From an uncultured archaeon (GTDB lineage Archaea > Thermoproteota > Nitrososphaeria_A > Caldarchaeales > Calditenuaceae), in contig CAKZUF010000020.1 in NCBI GenBank assembly GCA_937921685.1, forward strand, positions 52-64,051: DNA of 64,000 nucleotides, written 5' to 3'. The notes under the pieces were generated by a model. It was not told where the DNA came from. It was given only the letters and a program-made list of their open reading frames with translations, and did not search any database. Made by a program: the position numbers and the translations under genes. Of the stretch, positions 1-10,438 are shown piece by piece (within the stretch, counting starts at the first letter, position 1; the number at the start of each line of letters is the position of its first letter).

Positions 1-1
1 G

Positions 2-1168
2 AGTACGCTCTTCTCTGCCTTAACTATGGTGGATGTTCCGATCGCGAATTATCCCTTCACTACTAAAAGTCCTAATAGGGGAGTGACTTATCTCCGGTTT
101 AACTGTGTCTGTAAAGAGCTTGGCGTTAAGGATAATCCCAGAAACTCGCTATGTGTGGATGGTGTGAGACTTATTCCCATCCAGATCATTGATTGCCCGG
201 GTATTGTTCCTCAGGCTCATCTGGGGAGGGGGTTGGGTCTCCAGTTCCTTGATGAGATTAGGCAGGCCAGCGCCTTGATTGTTGTTGCTGATGCATCGGG
301 TGGGACGGATCTTGAGGGCAACATTGTTGAGCCTGGGACCCAGGACCCCGTAGAGGATGTGAGGCTGGTTGAGAGGGAGCTGGCCGAGTGGCTTCTCGGC
401 ATTCTATCGAGGGAGTGGCCTAGAATCGCCCGGGCCGTAGAGGCTAAACAGGCCTCCCTGTCGGACGAGATTGCACGAGTATTCTCCGGGCTTGGAATTA
501 ATAGAGAGGATGTCGATGCCGCCATAGGTAAGTCGGAGTTAAACCCGGCTCATCCGACGGGGTGGAAACAAGAGGAGCTCCGCCTGTTTGTAAACGAGCT
601 GAGAAGGTTGTCGAAGCCTATAATAGTCGCTGCGAACAAGGCTGATGTGCCGGGGGCGCAGAAAGGGGTTAAAAGGCTTATCGAGGCAGGGTATGAGACT
701 ATTCCATGTAGCGCGGAGGCTGAGCGGGCGCTGAGAATAGCTGCTGAGCGGGGGCTGATAAGCTATAGGCCAGGGGATAAGTCGTTCAGGGTATTAGACG
801 ATTCTCGGCTAAGCCCAGCCCAGAAAAAAGCCCTCGACAGGCTTGCAGGCTTTATGGAGAGGAATGGTGGAACAGGCGTCCAAGACCTGATAGACAGAGT
901 CTATCTAGGCGTTTTAGGCTACATTCCGGTATTCCCTGTAGAGGACCCTGCGAGGTTGACGGATAGGAACGGAAACGTCCTCCCCGACGTGTATCTTCTA
1001 AAGCCGGGCTCAGGCCCCAGAGACTTGGCATACAAGATCCATACTGAACTAGGGGAGGCCTACCTCTACGCCATAGACGCTCGGAGAAAGCTTAAGCTTT
1101 CATCCGATTATAAGCTGAGGCCTGGCGATATAATCTCCATCGTCTCAGCGGCTAAGAGGGGTGCCTAG
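2..1168 (+). CDS. GTP1/OBG(DRG-like) family GTPase with C-terminal TGS domain; the N-terminus (G1 P-loop) lies upstream of the window
   Basis: The frame is open from base 2. G2 'YPFTT', G3 'DCPG', G4 'NKAD' and a TGS-like C-terminus are present, but no P-loop is visible, so the gene is 5'-truncated. Confidence 0.6.
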   Translation, partial: STLFSALTMVDVPIANYPFTTKSPNRGVTYLRFNCVCKELGVKDNPRNSLCVDGVRLIPIQIIDCPGIVPQAHLGRGLGLQFLDEIRQASALIVVADASGGTDLEGNIVEPGTQDPVEDVRLVERELAEWLLGILSREWPRIARAVEAKQASLSDEIARVFSGLGINREDVDAAIGKSELNPAHPTGWKQEELRLFVNELRRLSKPIIVAANKADVPGAQKGVKRLIEAGYETIPCSAEAERALRIAAERGLISYRPGDKSFRVLDDSRLSPAQKKALDRLAGFMERNGGTGVQDLIDRVYLGVLGYIPVFPVEDPARLTDRNGNVLPDVYLLKPGSGPRDLAYKIHTELGEAYLYAIDARRKLKLSSDYKLRPGDIISIVSAAKRGA

Positions 1169-3690
1169 AGGAACTCATCTAGCGTCCGCTTAACGGCCTT
1201 GCCTCCGCTGATAATCTCGTCGAAGTCCATGTCTAAGCTATCCAGCACCTGTTGAAAAACGCCCTTCAGATACTCGACGTAGGCTTCCACGTCGACTTGG
1301 TTTTTGTTGATCTCTATTCGTGGGTGTAGTGGTGTGACTCCCAGTCTGTCCTTGGTCTTAACGTATTGGATTATGTCGCCTGAGCCTACCTTGACGCCTA
1401 TAGCTGCCAGTTTCTGAGCAGCCTTGACATGGGGAGGTGTCGTCTTGGTGTACTGCTCGGGGGATTTAGATAGCATGACGCTGAAGGCGAGGTCTGAGAC
1501 CTCGAACTCCCTGTTTATCAGCTTGTTGTAACTCTCCCTAATCAGCTTCACCAAGTCTGCCTTGAACTTCTCGAAGTCTTCAGGCTTCTTGATCTGTTTC
1601 AACCCCTCTATCATCTGCTCGAAGAGGTGGTGGGCTAGGTTGAAGATGTGTCTCTTTTTACCCGTAAGCCCCTTAACATCTACCACCCCCTTAACAGTAA
1701 GGCCTAGGTAGTTCTTCTTTCTCTGTGAAAGGACAACGTATACGTATTCTTTATCCACTTCAAGGTCCAGGCCGAGGCTCTCGTCAGCCCATCTGATAAG
1801 TGTTCTGAGCATTTCCTCGTCATAGCCTCTTAGGAACAGCGAGTCGGTGTCACCATAGATTATAGTTCCGCCGAGCCCTCTCACCTTTTCAATCGTCTCT
1901 GAAAAGACGTATCTACCGATAGCGGCAGTGCTCTCTGCGAGCGGTGGACAGTATAGTGGGAACTCCTCGAATCCGAAGACGCCGTAACTGGCGTTGAGGA
2001 AAACTTTGAGAGCCTTCTGTATCACATCGTACCATATCCTCTTTTCCCTCGGTATCGTCGGGTCTGAGCTTCTGGGCTTGTAGATTCCCACCCGTATGTC
2101 TCTTAGAGAGCCTATAATCTGGCTCTGGAGGCCTCGCCTCTTCGTACAGACCCAGTGCCCGGTCTCAGGAACGACATTGGACCTGCACTCTTCATGCGGG
2201 CAGCGTATGGTTTCGTAGCTCAGGTTCCACCTCTTCAGCGCCGAGGGGTAGAGGGAGGCGAAGTCAAGCACCTTAACACCGAAGTGAATCCCGGGAATAG
2301 GTTCAACCACTATGGCTCCCCTATATTTCTTCCCCTCTATAATCGCCTTCGTAGTGGTCATGCCCTTCTCCTGCAGTATCTCCTCAGGCCTAGGGATCAG
2401 CCACCCCCTCCGCCTATGCTCAAAGTAAATGAGGTTCTTTATCCAGCCGGAGACACCGTGCCTGCAGAGGTCTTCAACGGGCAGCCGGCTAATCCGGCAC
2501 AAGACAAGGATTAGTCTGATGATGAGCCTCTCATTGTTTGATAGGAGCTCGTAGACTAGCAAGGCGTCTCCGAAGCTGTATGTCGCGAGCTCGCGGGGTG
2601 AGAGCTCCGAGATCGGCCTCTCGATCTGGATCTTCCCCCTCCCCAGCAGAGCCTGTGAAATGGCCTCAAGGGTATATTCTCGGTACTTGTTGTCGAAGGC
2701 GTAGACTTGTATTGACTTGTTTAAGAAGAAGCTGTAGAGGTCGATGTGCGCGGCGTTCTGGAATGTCGCTCCCTCCCTCCCGATCACGATCATGTTCCTG
2801 CCGCGGTCGACCCCAAGTCTCTTGGCCCTGTTATGGAGGTAGGGTAGGTCAAACTGGTCGCCGTTGAAGGTTGCGATGATGGCGTAGTTGGAGAGGGTGT
2901 CGAAGACGTCTCCGAGCATCTTTTCCTCGGAGTCATACACTGAGACCTTGAAACCCAGTCCAGATGTATCAAGGGAGAAGTCACCCCTCCTCAGCATGAA
3001 GACCTCTCTCCGGCCATCAGACCCGCAGATAGAAACGGCGATGACTGGGTCTTCGGCCTTTGAAGGGTCAGGGAGGCGTGTCGAGACTGGGCTAAAAACC
3101 TCGATGTCGAGGGCGCAGTAGGGGGGTTCAAGCTGCTCCGCCTCCATCACGGTGATCCAACTGGCAACCTCGCTCAGGTCTTCCTCACCTAGCTTTTTGA
3201 TCTGGGATGCCAGCTTCCTCGCCTCATCTAGGCCCAGGGTCGCTGGAGTGAGACCATCCCTTGAGACATAGTAAGGCATTCCGCATATCAGGCCCTTGTC
3301 GTATAGGTAGTTGAGGTGGTAGGGGATGTCTGATTCCCACGTCCTTATCTGCTCCCTGACCGAGTTCTTCCTACCACCAATGGTGAGCGGGTCCTTCGCA
3401 ACTATTTTTGTAAGTTTGACCTTTCGTAGTCTTAGGGCGTCGAACTTCTCCTCCTCTTTCACCTCAACTATGCTGTCCCTTATGTCCTTAAGCGCTTCTA
3501 AGACTTCTTGTGGCGAGAGGTCGGTGTAGCAGTAGGGGAGATGCCCCGAGTCGTCATACCTAATCTCTACTCTCCCGGTGTCCTGTCTCAGAAGTTTAAG
3601 ATACGCAAGCCCCTTCTCGCCATCATATCCCGCCGAAAGGAGGAGAAGCTTACTATCCACCCCCTCGCCCTGGTCCAGTCTCAATTGCAT
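1165..3690 (-). CDS. polB: Family B DNA polymerase
   Basis: 841 aa with exonuclease motif 'YCALDIEV' (Exo I DxE) and polymerase motif C 'IIYGDTDSLF'. Internal short ORFs on both strands are treated as spurious. Confidence 0.85.
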   Translation of the reverse strand: MQLRLDQGEGVDSKLLLLSAGYDGEKGLAYLKLLRQDTGRVEIRYDDSGHLPYCYTDLSPQEVLEALKDIRDSIVEVKEEEKFDALRLRKVKLTKIVAKDPLTIGGRKNSVREQIRTWESDIPYHLNYLYDKGLICGMPYYVSRDGLTPATLGLDEARKLASQIKKLGEEDLSEVASWITVMEAEQLEPPYCALDIEVFSPVSTRLPDPSKAEDPVIAVSICGSDGRREVFMLRRGDFSLDTSGLGFKVSVYDSEEKMLGDVFDTLSNYAIIATFNGDQFDLPYLHNRAKRLGVDRGRNMIVIGREGATFQNAAHIDLYSFFLNKSIQVYAFDNKYREYTLEAISQALLGRGKIQIERPISELSPRELATYSFGDALLVYELLSNNERLIIRLILVLCRISRLPVEDLCRHGVSGWIKNLIYFEHRRRGWLIPRPEEILQEKGMTTTKAIIEGKKYRGAIVVEPIPGIHFGVKVLDFASLYPSALKRWNLSYETIRCPHEECRSNVVPETGHWVCTKRRGLQSQIIGSLRDIRVGIYKPRSSDPTIPREKRIWYDVIQKALKVFLNASYGVFGFEEFPLYCPPLAESTAAIGRYVFSETIEKVRGLGGTIIYGDTDSLFLRGYDEEMLRTLIRWADESLGLDLEVDKEYVYVVLSQRKKNYLGLTVKGVVDVKGLTGKKRHIFNLAHHLFEQMIEGLKQIKKPEDFEKFKADLVKLIRESYNKLINREFEVSDLAFSVMLSKSPEQYTKTTPPHVKAAQKLAAIGVKVGSGDIIQYVKTKDRLGVTPLHPRIEINKNQVDVEAYVEYLKGVFQQVLDSLDMDFDEIISGGKAVKRTLDEFL

Positions 3691-3783
3691 CTAAATGGTT
3701 ATTGATCCCTTAGCTGTATAAGCGTTTTTCTACGCTGGGAAAATTAACTTAAATAAGCCTATCCCGTGATATTCTGAAAAGTT

Positions 3784-6051
3784 TTGGGAAGAGGGGGAAG
3801 GCTGGCCGGCATAGTAGCCGTAGCCCTCGCCGCGAGGCTAGCCCCCTCAGCTTATACCGGGCACGGCTGGGACCTTTTCGTTTGGCTGAAAACCTCGGAA
3901 CTTTTTCTCAACGAGCAGATCAACATATACAGTTATCCACAGCTTGAGGGCTTTCCCTGGGGTTTTTACGCCTATCCACCCCCATGGTTATACCTTCTGG
4001 CAGGTACGAGATATATCGCATCGACGCTGGGTGGGAGTAGGGAGGTATCCATTCTTTTTTTGAAGCTGCCCATCATTGTGGCCGATGTACTCTGCGGGCT
4101 GATACTTTGGCTCACAGCCAAGCGGCTCGGCCTCGGCGAGGATGATGCCTACAAATTGGCCACAATATATCTCCTAAACCCTCTAACAATCTTTGTCTCA
4201 AGCATTTGGGGAATGTTTGACGCAATACCTGCCCTCTTCACAACGCTAGCAGTATACCTCCTATTATCGGGCAGGTGGTCGGCGGCCGCGGCCTCACTCG
4301 GCCTAGCAACCTCCTTTAAGATATATCCAGTCATCCTTCTGCCATCAATACTCCTGCTCCAGATCAAAAAGCATGGTCTCAGGCGCGTCATTACCAACCT
4401 AATCCTCCCATTCGCATGTATCCTCCTGATAGTCTCCCTTCCATTCCTGAGCGACCTACCCAGCTATCTAGACAAGCTCCTCTACCACAGGTCAAATGTC
4501 GGGCAATTCACCTACTGGACACTCTTAGGGATCTTTGTTGGAGGTGAGGTTGCTAGTGTTGTTGGGTGGGCATTATTCACAGCAGCCCTCGCCATAATAC
4601 TCTACAAACAACATACTGACCCCAACCGCAGTAGAAACTTGACTATGATGCTTGCAGGTATCTTCACCATATTCCTCGCAACCTCTCCCAAGATAAACGT
4701 CCAATACCTAGTGCTTGGGCTTCCACTCCTCTTACTGGCTGCCTGGATTCACGACGACCCGGAGTCGCGGAGGGAGATTAGGAGGAGGCTCACACTCCTC
4801 CACATGGCAGCCCTAACATTCATCGCTGGGAGCATCTTCATTATCGGATACGACCCCGCAAACATGGGGAAAGTATCCAATCTAAGCCTATTAGAGTCGG
4901 GGCTGGCAGGCTCCCTAGTCCTTGTAGCGGCTGGTGTTGCCGGTTGGGAGTCTGTAAAGCTCACACTTGCACTGAACAAGCTAACCCTTCTTAAAAGAAG
5001 GCTGGATGAGAGAGCTGGGATAGCATCGATTATAGTGGTCGCCCTGATAGTCGTCACCGTCCTCCCCAGCCCTGCGGGTGTAAGGCTGCCCGCACAGCCG
5101 GTCAGGGTCGCCATCATAGAGAGCCCCGACTCAATATTTCAAGTAGGTTCCACGAGCATACCTCCAGACCTGTACCGGAGCCTCGGCGAGCCCACACATG
5201 TAGTAATCCCCCTTTCTCCAGACTTCTTTATAGACTACCCTCAGCTGAGCCCGCGCAGCGAGGTCTCCAGATACTTTAGGTTCAGACTGGATTCGGGTGG
5301 ATGGACGCTCTTCGACCTTTTCAAACTTGTGAACGGGCTGAGATCGTCTGGGCTGAAGGTTTTAGTAGGAGTATTCACGAAGAGCAAGGACCTGCTAGTG
5401 TCGTATGGTATGCAGGGGTATGAGTCAAGCTGGTTTAGGGGGAATCAATACCTAGTAGATAAGAATGATAGAATGGCTTTTGGGTTGATGCTCTCCTCAA
5501 ACGTCAGTCTAGCTGAGTTCTATGCGCGGCGAGTCTCCACGGCAGTCTACTCTATAGGCTTCGACGGCGTATACGTGTTGTCCCCCCAAGAGGGCCTAGT
5601 CTCGATTGGAGACGTGGAGTGGATTGAGCCGTTGCTGGTTGAACTACGCGCCAATCTCGACAGTTCGAAGGAGGTTTTTGTCGATGGCGTAGACCCCTTA
5701 CTCGGAGGTGACGCCATAGAAAGGCTGATGAGCTACGCCGACTACATAGTTATTAGATCTCCAATTTGGCTCCGCGAGATAACCTCGGAGGAGCCACGGC
5801 TCGGCCCCGAATACATGGAGCAGCTAAGAAGTGTGCTGGACCAGCTGGGAGACCAGAGAAAGACACAGATACTTTACTCGGTGAATGTGATGGATTTCTC
5901 CAGCGGCTGGCTCATACCCGCGCTACAGGTTCAGCTCCAAGTAGATACATTCTCCTCCCTACTTAGTAGAGGGTTTGTGATCTACTTCGCCTCAAGATAC
6001 ATCCCCTACCGCCTAACCCTTGACTCAACAGCTTTGAGGAGCGTTGCGTAG
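3784..6051 (+). CDS. Multi-pass membrane protein with a large C-terminal soluble domain, candidate GT-C-like glycosyltransferase
   Basis: 755 aa with a TTG start. It has at least 10 predicted TM helices in the first ~430 aa followed by a hydrophilic C-terminal domain. No specific catalytic motif was recognised. Confidence 0.45.
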   Translation: MGRGGRLAGIVAVALAARLAPSAYTGHGWDLFVWLKTSELFLNEQINIYSYPQLEGFPWGFYAYPPPWLYLLAGTRYIASTLGGSREVSILFLKLPIIVADVLCGLILWLTAKRLGLGEDDAYKLATIYLLNPLTIFVSSIWGMFDAIPALFTTLAVYLLLSGRWSAAAASLGLATSFKIYPVILLPSILLLQIKKHGLRRVITNLILPFACILLIVSLPFLSDLPSYLDKLLYHRSNVGQFTYWTLLGIFVGGEVASVVGWALFTAALAIILYKQHTDPNRSRNLTMMLAGIFTIFLATSPKINVQYLVLGLPLLLLAAWIHDDPESRREIRRRLTLLHMAALTFIAGSIFIIGYDPANMGKVSNLSLLESGLAGSLVLVAAGVAGWESVKLTLALNKLTLLKRRLDERAGIASIIVVALIVVTVLPSPAGVRLPAQPVRVAIIESPDSIFQVGSTSIPPDLYRSLGEPTHVVIPLSPDFFIDYPQLSPRSEVSRYFRFRLDSGGWTLFDLFKLVNGLRSSGLKVLVGVFTKSKDLLVSYGMQGYESSWFRGNQYLVDKNDRMAFGLMLSSNVSLAEFYARRVSTAVYSIGFDGVYVLSPQEGLVSIGDVEWIEPLLVELRANLDSSKEVFVDGVDPLLGGDAIERLMSYADYIVIRSPIWLREITSEEPRLGPEYMEQLRSVLDQLGDQRKTQILYSVNVMDFSSGWLIPALQVQLQVDTFSSLLSRGFVIYFASRYIPYRLTLDSTALRSVA

Positions 6052-6093
6052 GGCTAAGGTTCTTAAGGCGGGTTTGGCAACTCGGATGGATAG

Positions 6094-6702
6094 ATGAGTA
6101 CAGGGTGGGAGCCGAGGACACTTGTTGGGAGGCTTGTCAAGGAGGGGAAAATAACCTCTATAGAGGAGTTATTCGCCAATAACTATAGAATAACAGAGCC
6201 AGAGATAGTTGATTTGCTTGTACCCAACCTCCAGCAGGAGGTCATAGACATCAAGCTGGTGCAGAGACAGACTGACGCAGGCGAGAAATCAAGGTATAAG
6301 GCGATAGTCGCGGTGGGCAACGGGGATGGTTTAGTCGGCCTCGGAACTGCCAAGTCAACCCAAGTAGTTATGGCCATTGAGAGGGCTGTTAACAGGGCTA
6401 AAATGAACCTGATATACGTACAGAGGGGGTGCGGTAGCTGGGAGTGTGCCTGCGGGGATCCACACAGCCTCCGAGTAACAGTTAAGGGCAGGTGCGGCAG
6501 TGTCGAGGTTCATCTCCTCCCCGCCCCCCGCGGGCTGGGCCTTGTAGCCGGCGACATCGCCAAGATTATGCTTAGACTTGCTGGAGTAAATGACTGCTGG
6601 CTAAGGAGCTTCGGCGAGACGCGAACGCCATTAAGCATGGCCGGGGCCGTATACGACGCGCTAAAGAGAACGAATTACATAGTTCTGCCTAGCATGTGGT
6701 GA
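6094..6702 (+). CDS. rps5: 30S ribosomal protein uS5
   Basis: The uS5 signature 'AIVAVGNGDGLVGLGTAKS...AIERAVNRAK' is present. It sits at the head of an spc-like cluster. Confidence 0.9.
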   Translation: MSTGWEPRTLVGRLVKEGKITSIEELFANNYRITEPEIVDLLVPNLQQEVIDIKLVQRQTDAGEKSRYKAIVAVGNGDGLVGLGTAKSTQVVMAIERAVNRAKMNLIYVQRGCGSWECACGDPHSLRVTVKGRCGSVEVHLLPAPRGLGLVAGDIAKIMLRLAGVNDCWLRSFGETRTPLSMAGAVYDALKRTNYIVLPSMW

Positions 6703-6709
6703 AGAGGCT

Positions 6710-7183
6710 TTGGATAGAGCCCCACCAGTGATAGTCATAAGGATTAGAGGTCCCTCCGGGATGGATTCTGAGACAGAGTATATGTTGAGGCTTCTAAACC
6801 TTAAGAGGGCAAACCACGCGGTACTACTACAGCTGAACACGAGCGTTAGAGGTGTTCTCAGGAAGGTTGGGTCTTATGTGACTTGGGGTGAGGCCACCCC
6901 CGAGATGCTGGTCAAATTATTCAGGAGAGCCGACCCCCAGCCCGGCGTAAAGGTTGAGGAGGAGCTCAGGAAGCTGGGAGTCGCAGACTACGAGGAGCTA
7001 GCTGAAAAGATCTGTAAAGGAGAGCTGGATGTAGGTGTGTTGAGGAGGATTTTCAAGCCCACCTTCAGGCTCCACCCACCCCGAGGAGGCTTCAAGGGGA
7101 GTATAAAGCGCCCTGTAGGTCAGAAGGGCGTTCTCGGATATGCGGGAGAGAGGATTGGAAGGCTTATAGAGGCTATGTGTTAG
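6710..7183 (+). CDS. rpl30: 50S ribosomal protein uL30
   Basis: The sequence 'VIVIRIRGPSG...TLRLLNLKR' is typical of archaeal L30P. It has a TTG start. Confidence 0.85.
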   Translation: MDRAPPVIVIRIRGPSGMDSETEYMLRLLNLKRANHAVLLQLNTSVRGVLRKVGSYVTWGEATPEMLVKLFRRADPQPGVKVEEELRKLGVADYEELAEKICKGELDVGVLRRIFKPTFRLHPPRGGFKGSIKRPVGQKGVLGYAGERIGRLIEAMC

Positions 7184-7239
7184 AGGGCGGTCGGGAGGAT
7201 ATATATCAGGGGTTGGTGTGAAAAGTTAGGGTGTCTCTG

Positions 7240-7674
7240 ATGCCCACGAGGCTCCGAAAGGTGAGGAAGAGGCGTGGGTCCCGCACGCATGGCTGGGGGC
7301 AGATAGGCCAGCATAGAAAGCATGGGGCTAAGGGAGGCCGGGGGATGGCAGGAGGCCATAAACACAAGTGGACATGGATTATAAAATATGCCCCCGAACA
7401 CTTTGGGGAGAAGGGGTTCCACCCACCCACCTCAAGGGAGGTTAAGGCGATAAATCTAGACCAAGTCTCACTGATTGCTGAGAAGCTTAAAACTAGTGGC
7501 ATGACAAAGAGTGAGGATGGAAAAATAGTAGTCGACCTCACGTCACTAGGCTATGATAAGGTTCTCGGCAAGGGCCGGCTTACCATCCCAGTAAAGATAG
7601 TTGCGAAGTCATGGACATCCAAGGCTGAGGAGAAGGTTTTAGCCTCAAACTCAGTGATAGTGGCGGCTGAATAG
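7240..7674 (+). CDS. rpl15: 50S ribosomal protein uL15
   Basis: The L15 N-terminus 'MPTRLRKVRKRRGSRTHGWG' is present. The ATG at 7240 is preferred over the GTG at 7231. Confidence 0.85.
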   Translation: MPTRLRKVRKRRGSRTHGWGQIGQHRKHGAKGGRGMAGGHKHKWTWIIKYAPEHFGEKGFHPPTSREVKAINLDQVSLIAEKLKTSGMTKSEDGKIVVDLTSLGYDKVLGKGRLTIPVKIVAKSWTSKAEEKVLASNSVIVAAE

Positions 7675-7678
7675 TGAG

Positions 7679-9109
7679 ATGAGCGAGGAGAGGAAGCGGC
7701 TCGGTGAGGTCCTTACAAAACTCCTGCCTCAGGCCGCTAAGCCGGTCAAGAAGCTGACGCTTTCAGAGCGGCTCATCTGGACCGCGCTAGTGCTGGTGAT
7801 CTACGAGGCCATGAGCAGTACTGCGCTCTATGGAGTATCAGTGTCGCCCACGCAGGCTAGCCCCCTGCTCCTTAACATAATCTTCGCATCTAACATCGGG
7901 ACGCTAACAACGCTCGGGATAGGCCCCATAGTCACCGGAGGCCTGATTCTCCAGCTCCTTGTAGGGGCTGAGATTCTGCGCCTAGACCTGAAGAAGAGTG
8001 AGGATAGGGCTCTATTCACGGCTCTCAGCAAGGTCTTCACACTGGTTATAGCGATATTCCAAGGAGCGGCCTATATTCTCGCAGGCTACTTCGGAACACT
8101 TACACCTACAACACAGCTGCTGGTGTTTGCACAACTCTTCTTCGCAACGATCGTGATAATGTTGATGGACGAGCTGGTGCAGAAGGGGTGGGGCTTGGGA
8201 AGCGGCATAAGCCTGTTCATAGCCGCGGGAGTAGCCGGCCAGATATTCTCAGACCTCTTCTCACCCCTCATCCTACAAGACGGATACTTTCACGGAGTCG
8301 TCCTTGCAATAATCCAAGGCTTATTCACCCCCGAAGGTATTGGGCCTCTCTTCATAAGACACGTGGCTCAGCGCGGAGACATACTAGGCCTCATATCAAC
8401 CGTCTCAATAATTCTGTCTCTAATCTATCTGGAGGGGGTTAGAGTCAATATCCCTATAAGCCACTCAAGGTATAGTGGGTTCAGAGGAACATATCCAATC
8501 AAGCTACTCTACGTCTCCAACGTCCCGGTCATCTTCGCCTCAACAATCTTCACAAACATCTACTACCTCTCCACAATAGTATGGTCAAGGTACAACACAG
8601 ATAACTCAAACCCAATCCTAAACCTACTAGGCACATTTACCGTTAGCGAGGGGGCAACCCAGCCCATCCCAACCGGCGGCCTAGCCTACTACACGCTTGG
8701 CCCATCAAACTTTACAGAAGCAGTGGCAGACCCCGTAAGATCCCTAGCTTTTGTGGGGCTGATGGTCGGGTTCTGCCTCATGCTGGGGCGGTTCTGGATA
8801 ACTGTGGGGGGACTATCTCCCGAGAGGGTTGCGGATCAACTTATAGCGGCAGGCATGCAGGTTCCAGGTTTCAGAAGATCGCCGGTCATTATCTCGTCAA
8901 TCCTCCGCCGCTACATCTACACGGTGGCCATCATAGGATCAATCATCGTAGGCCTCTTAGCAAGCACGGCAAACTACGTAAACGCCTTCGGGACAGGGAC
9001 TGGATTGCTACTAATGATCGGAATCCTCTACCAGTACTACCAGATACTGGTAAGGGAGCGCGTAGCCGAGACCTATCCCGCCCTTGCACGGCTAGTGGGT
9101 GAAGAGTAG
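7679..9109 (+). CDS. secY: Preprotein translocase subunit SecY
   Basis: 476 aa with 10 TM segments. It follows uL15 as in spc operons. Confidence 0.9.
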   Translation: MSEERKRLGEVLTKLLPQAAKPVKKLTLSERLIWTALVLVIYEAMSSTALYGVSVSPTQASPLLLNIIFASNIGTLTTLGIGPIVTGGLILQLLVGAEILRLDLKKSEDRALFTALSKVFTLVIAIFQGAAYILAGYFGTLTPTTQLLVFAQLFFATIVIMLMDELVQKGWGLGSGISLFIAAGVAGQIFSDLFSPLILQDGYFHGVVLAIIQGLFTPEGIGPLFIRHVAQRGDILGLISTVSIILSLIYLEGVRVNIPISHSRYSGFRGTYPIKLLYVSNVPVIFASTIFTNIYYLSTIVWSRYNTDNSNPILNLLGTFTVSEGATQPIPTGGLAYYTLGPSNFTEAVADPVRSLAFVGLMVGFCLMLGRFWITVGGLSPERVADQLIAAGMQVPGFRRSPVIISSILRRYIYTVAIIGSIIVGLLASTANYVNAFGTGTGLLLMIGILYQYYQILVRERVAETYPALARLVGEE

Positions 9110-9111
9110 GG

Positions 9112-9582
9112 ATGGTTGAGGCTGCTGTTTTCGAGATATTAGGCTTTTCAACGATGCTGGCACTAGTCTCCGCGGGCTTGAGGCGTGTAATCTTGAGCAA
9201 GGAGGACATGATAGCTATGCAGGAGGTTACCAAATATAATCGGGAGCTAATGAAGGCTCTCAGGGAGAAGGATATGAAAGCCGTGGAGAGGCTGGAGAAG
9301 AAGAAGGAATACATGCAGAGGGTTCAGGCCAAGATATTCGGAAAAAACATGATACTCATGTTAATCTCCATGGTAATCTTCTTTACATTCTTCTTCTTCG
9401 CAAATGCGCGATATGGTCACACACCGCTTCTAACCATGCCGCCCGGACTCGAGCTACCATTCATCTCGGTGGAGGGAAAGGTACAGTTTTTCGGATGGTA
9501 CCTCCTGACGTTCTTCGCTATTAGCCTGCCAATAAACAAGTTTTTAGGGATGAAGATTACTCCAAGCACCGTGAAGAAGTAG
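9112..9582 (+). CDS. DUF106-family membrane protein (Oxa1/EMC3-superfamily insertase-like)
   Basis: 156 aa with a TM - coiled-coil - TM - TM layout, placed immediately after secY. In archaea this position is characteristic of DUF106 proteins. Confidence 0.5.
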   Translation: MVEAAVFEILGFSTMLALVSAGLRRVILSKEDMIAMQEVTKYNRELMKALREKDMKAVERLEKKKEYMQRVQAKIFGKNMILMLISMVIFFTFFFFANARYGHTPLLTMPPGLELPFISVEGKVQFFGWYLLTFFAISLPINKFLGMKITPSTVKK

Positions 9583-9599
9583 GGGGGAGGTGAGATAGG

Positions 9600-9794
9600 T
9601 TGACCAGGAAGTGTGCGTGGTGTGGCCGGCCATTGGGTGGCGTCTCTGACGGGAGGAAGCTATCGGCTAGTGAGAAGCGGGTAGAGAGGCTGTATGGTGG
9701 ATATCTCTGCCACGCCTGCCTGAGAGAGGCGATACTTAGATGGGTTGTGAAGGGTGCTGCGGCAAGCAGCCCTACAGGTCAAAGTAGTGCCTGA
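9600..9794 (+). CDS. Small zinc-ribbon protein (CxxC...CxxC), hypothetical
   Basis: 64 aa starting at a TTG, with a strong SD 'GGAGGTGA' 8 nt upstream. It has the cysteine pairs 'CAWCG' and 'CHAC'. It overlaps the 3' end of the convergent cmk by 23 nt. Confidence 0.35.
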   Translation: MTRKCAWCGRPLGGVSDGRKLSASEKRVERLYGGYLCHACLREAILRWVVKGAAASSPTGQSSA

Positions 9795-10347
9795 CTGCTA
9801 GGTATACTATATCAAAAACTTCCTCGCTGCTTAGCCGCGATGTATCTAGAATAAGGTGGAAGGGGGTGAAATCCTCGCCCAGCTTCAACCCATATAGCCG
9901 CCGGTAGAGTTCCACGTTTCTGGCATCACGCTCCTCAAGTATTCTGCGAGCAGTTTCTAGGCTGAGCCCAGCTCTCTTGGCAAGCCTCTCAGCCCTCACC
10001 TCTCTATCCGCCTTGAGCCATACCTTGAAACCGCTATCGAAGAGCCACGGTAAGACCCAGCTATCGATAACTACTCCGCCACGCCGAGCCAATCGGAGAA
10101 GCTCCTCATCAACCATCCTATCAAAGCTCTCATCCCTCTCCCTGAGGGCTAGGAACTGCATACCGGCCTCGCTCTCCCACCACCTGTTCCCAGAGGTGTC
10201 GAAGCCCTTCCTCTTAGCGATTGACTTCAAAGCCTCGCCCCCAGAATAGCGCTCAACACCAAGCCTCTCGGCGAGGAGTCGAGACAGTGTGCTCTTCCCC
10301 GAAGCCGCTAGACCACTCACTACTACCACGATGTCCTTCTTATGCAC
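9772..10347 (-). CDS. cmk: Cytidylate kinase (archaeal type)
   Basis: P-loop '[13 protein letters not shown]'. The longer ORF in the track (to 10656) has no matching N-terminus, so a GTG start near 10347 gives ~190 aa. Confidence 0.8.
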   Translation of the reverse strand: MHKKDIVVVVSGLAASGKSTLSRLLAERLGVERYSGGEALKSIAKRKGFDTSGNRWWESEAGMQFLALRERDESFDRMVDEELLRLARRGGVVIDSWVLPWLFDSGFKVWLKADREVRAERLAKRAGLSLETARRILEERDARNVELYRRLYGLKLGEDFTPFHLILDTSRLSSEEVFDIVYLAVRHYFDL

Positions 10348-10438
10348 GGATATTGATTTGCACAGCGAGTTAAAAAGGGTAGAGACCGATGCGCGGCTGA
10401 GATTTATTACAGGGCAGTAGTGATAGGTGGATTCAGGT

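Noticed and set aside
2155-3705. Multiple 60-120-aa ORFs on both strands inside polB (2155..2514, 2538..2867, 2790..2984, 2888..3121, 3326..3529, 3508..3705)
   Set aside because: They lie entirely within an 841-aa family-B polymerase with intact motifs. They have Arg/Ser/Pro-rich shadow-frame translations typical of GC-rich genomes.
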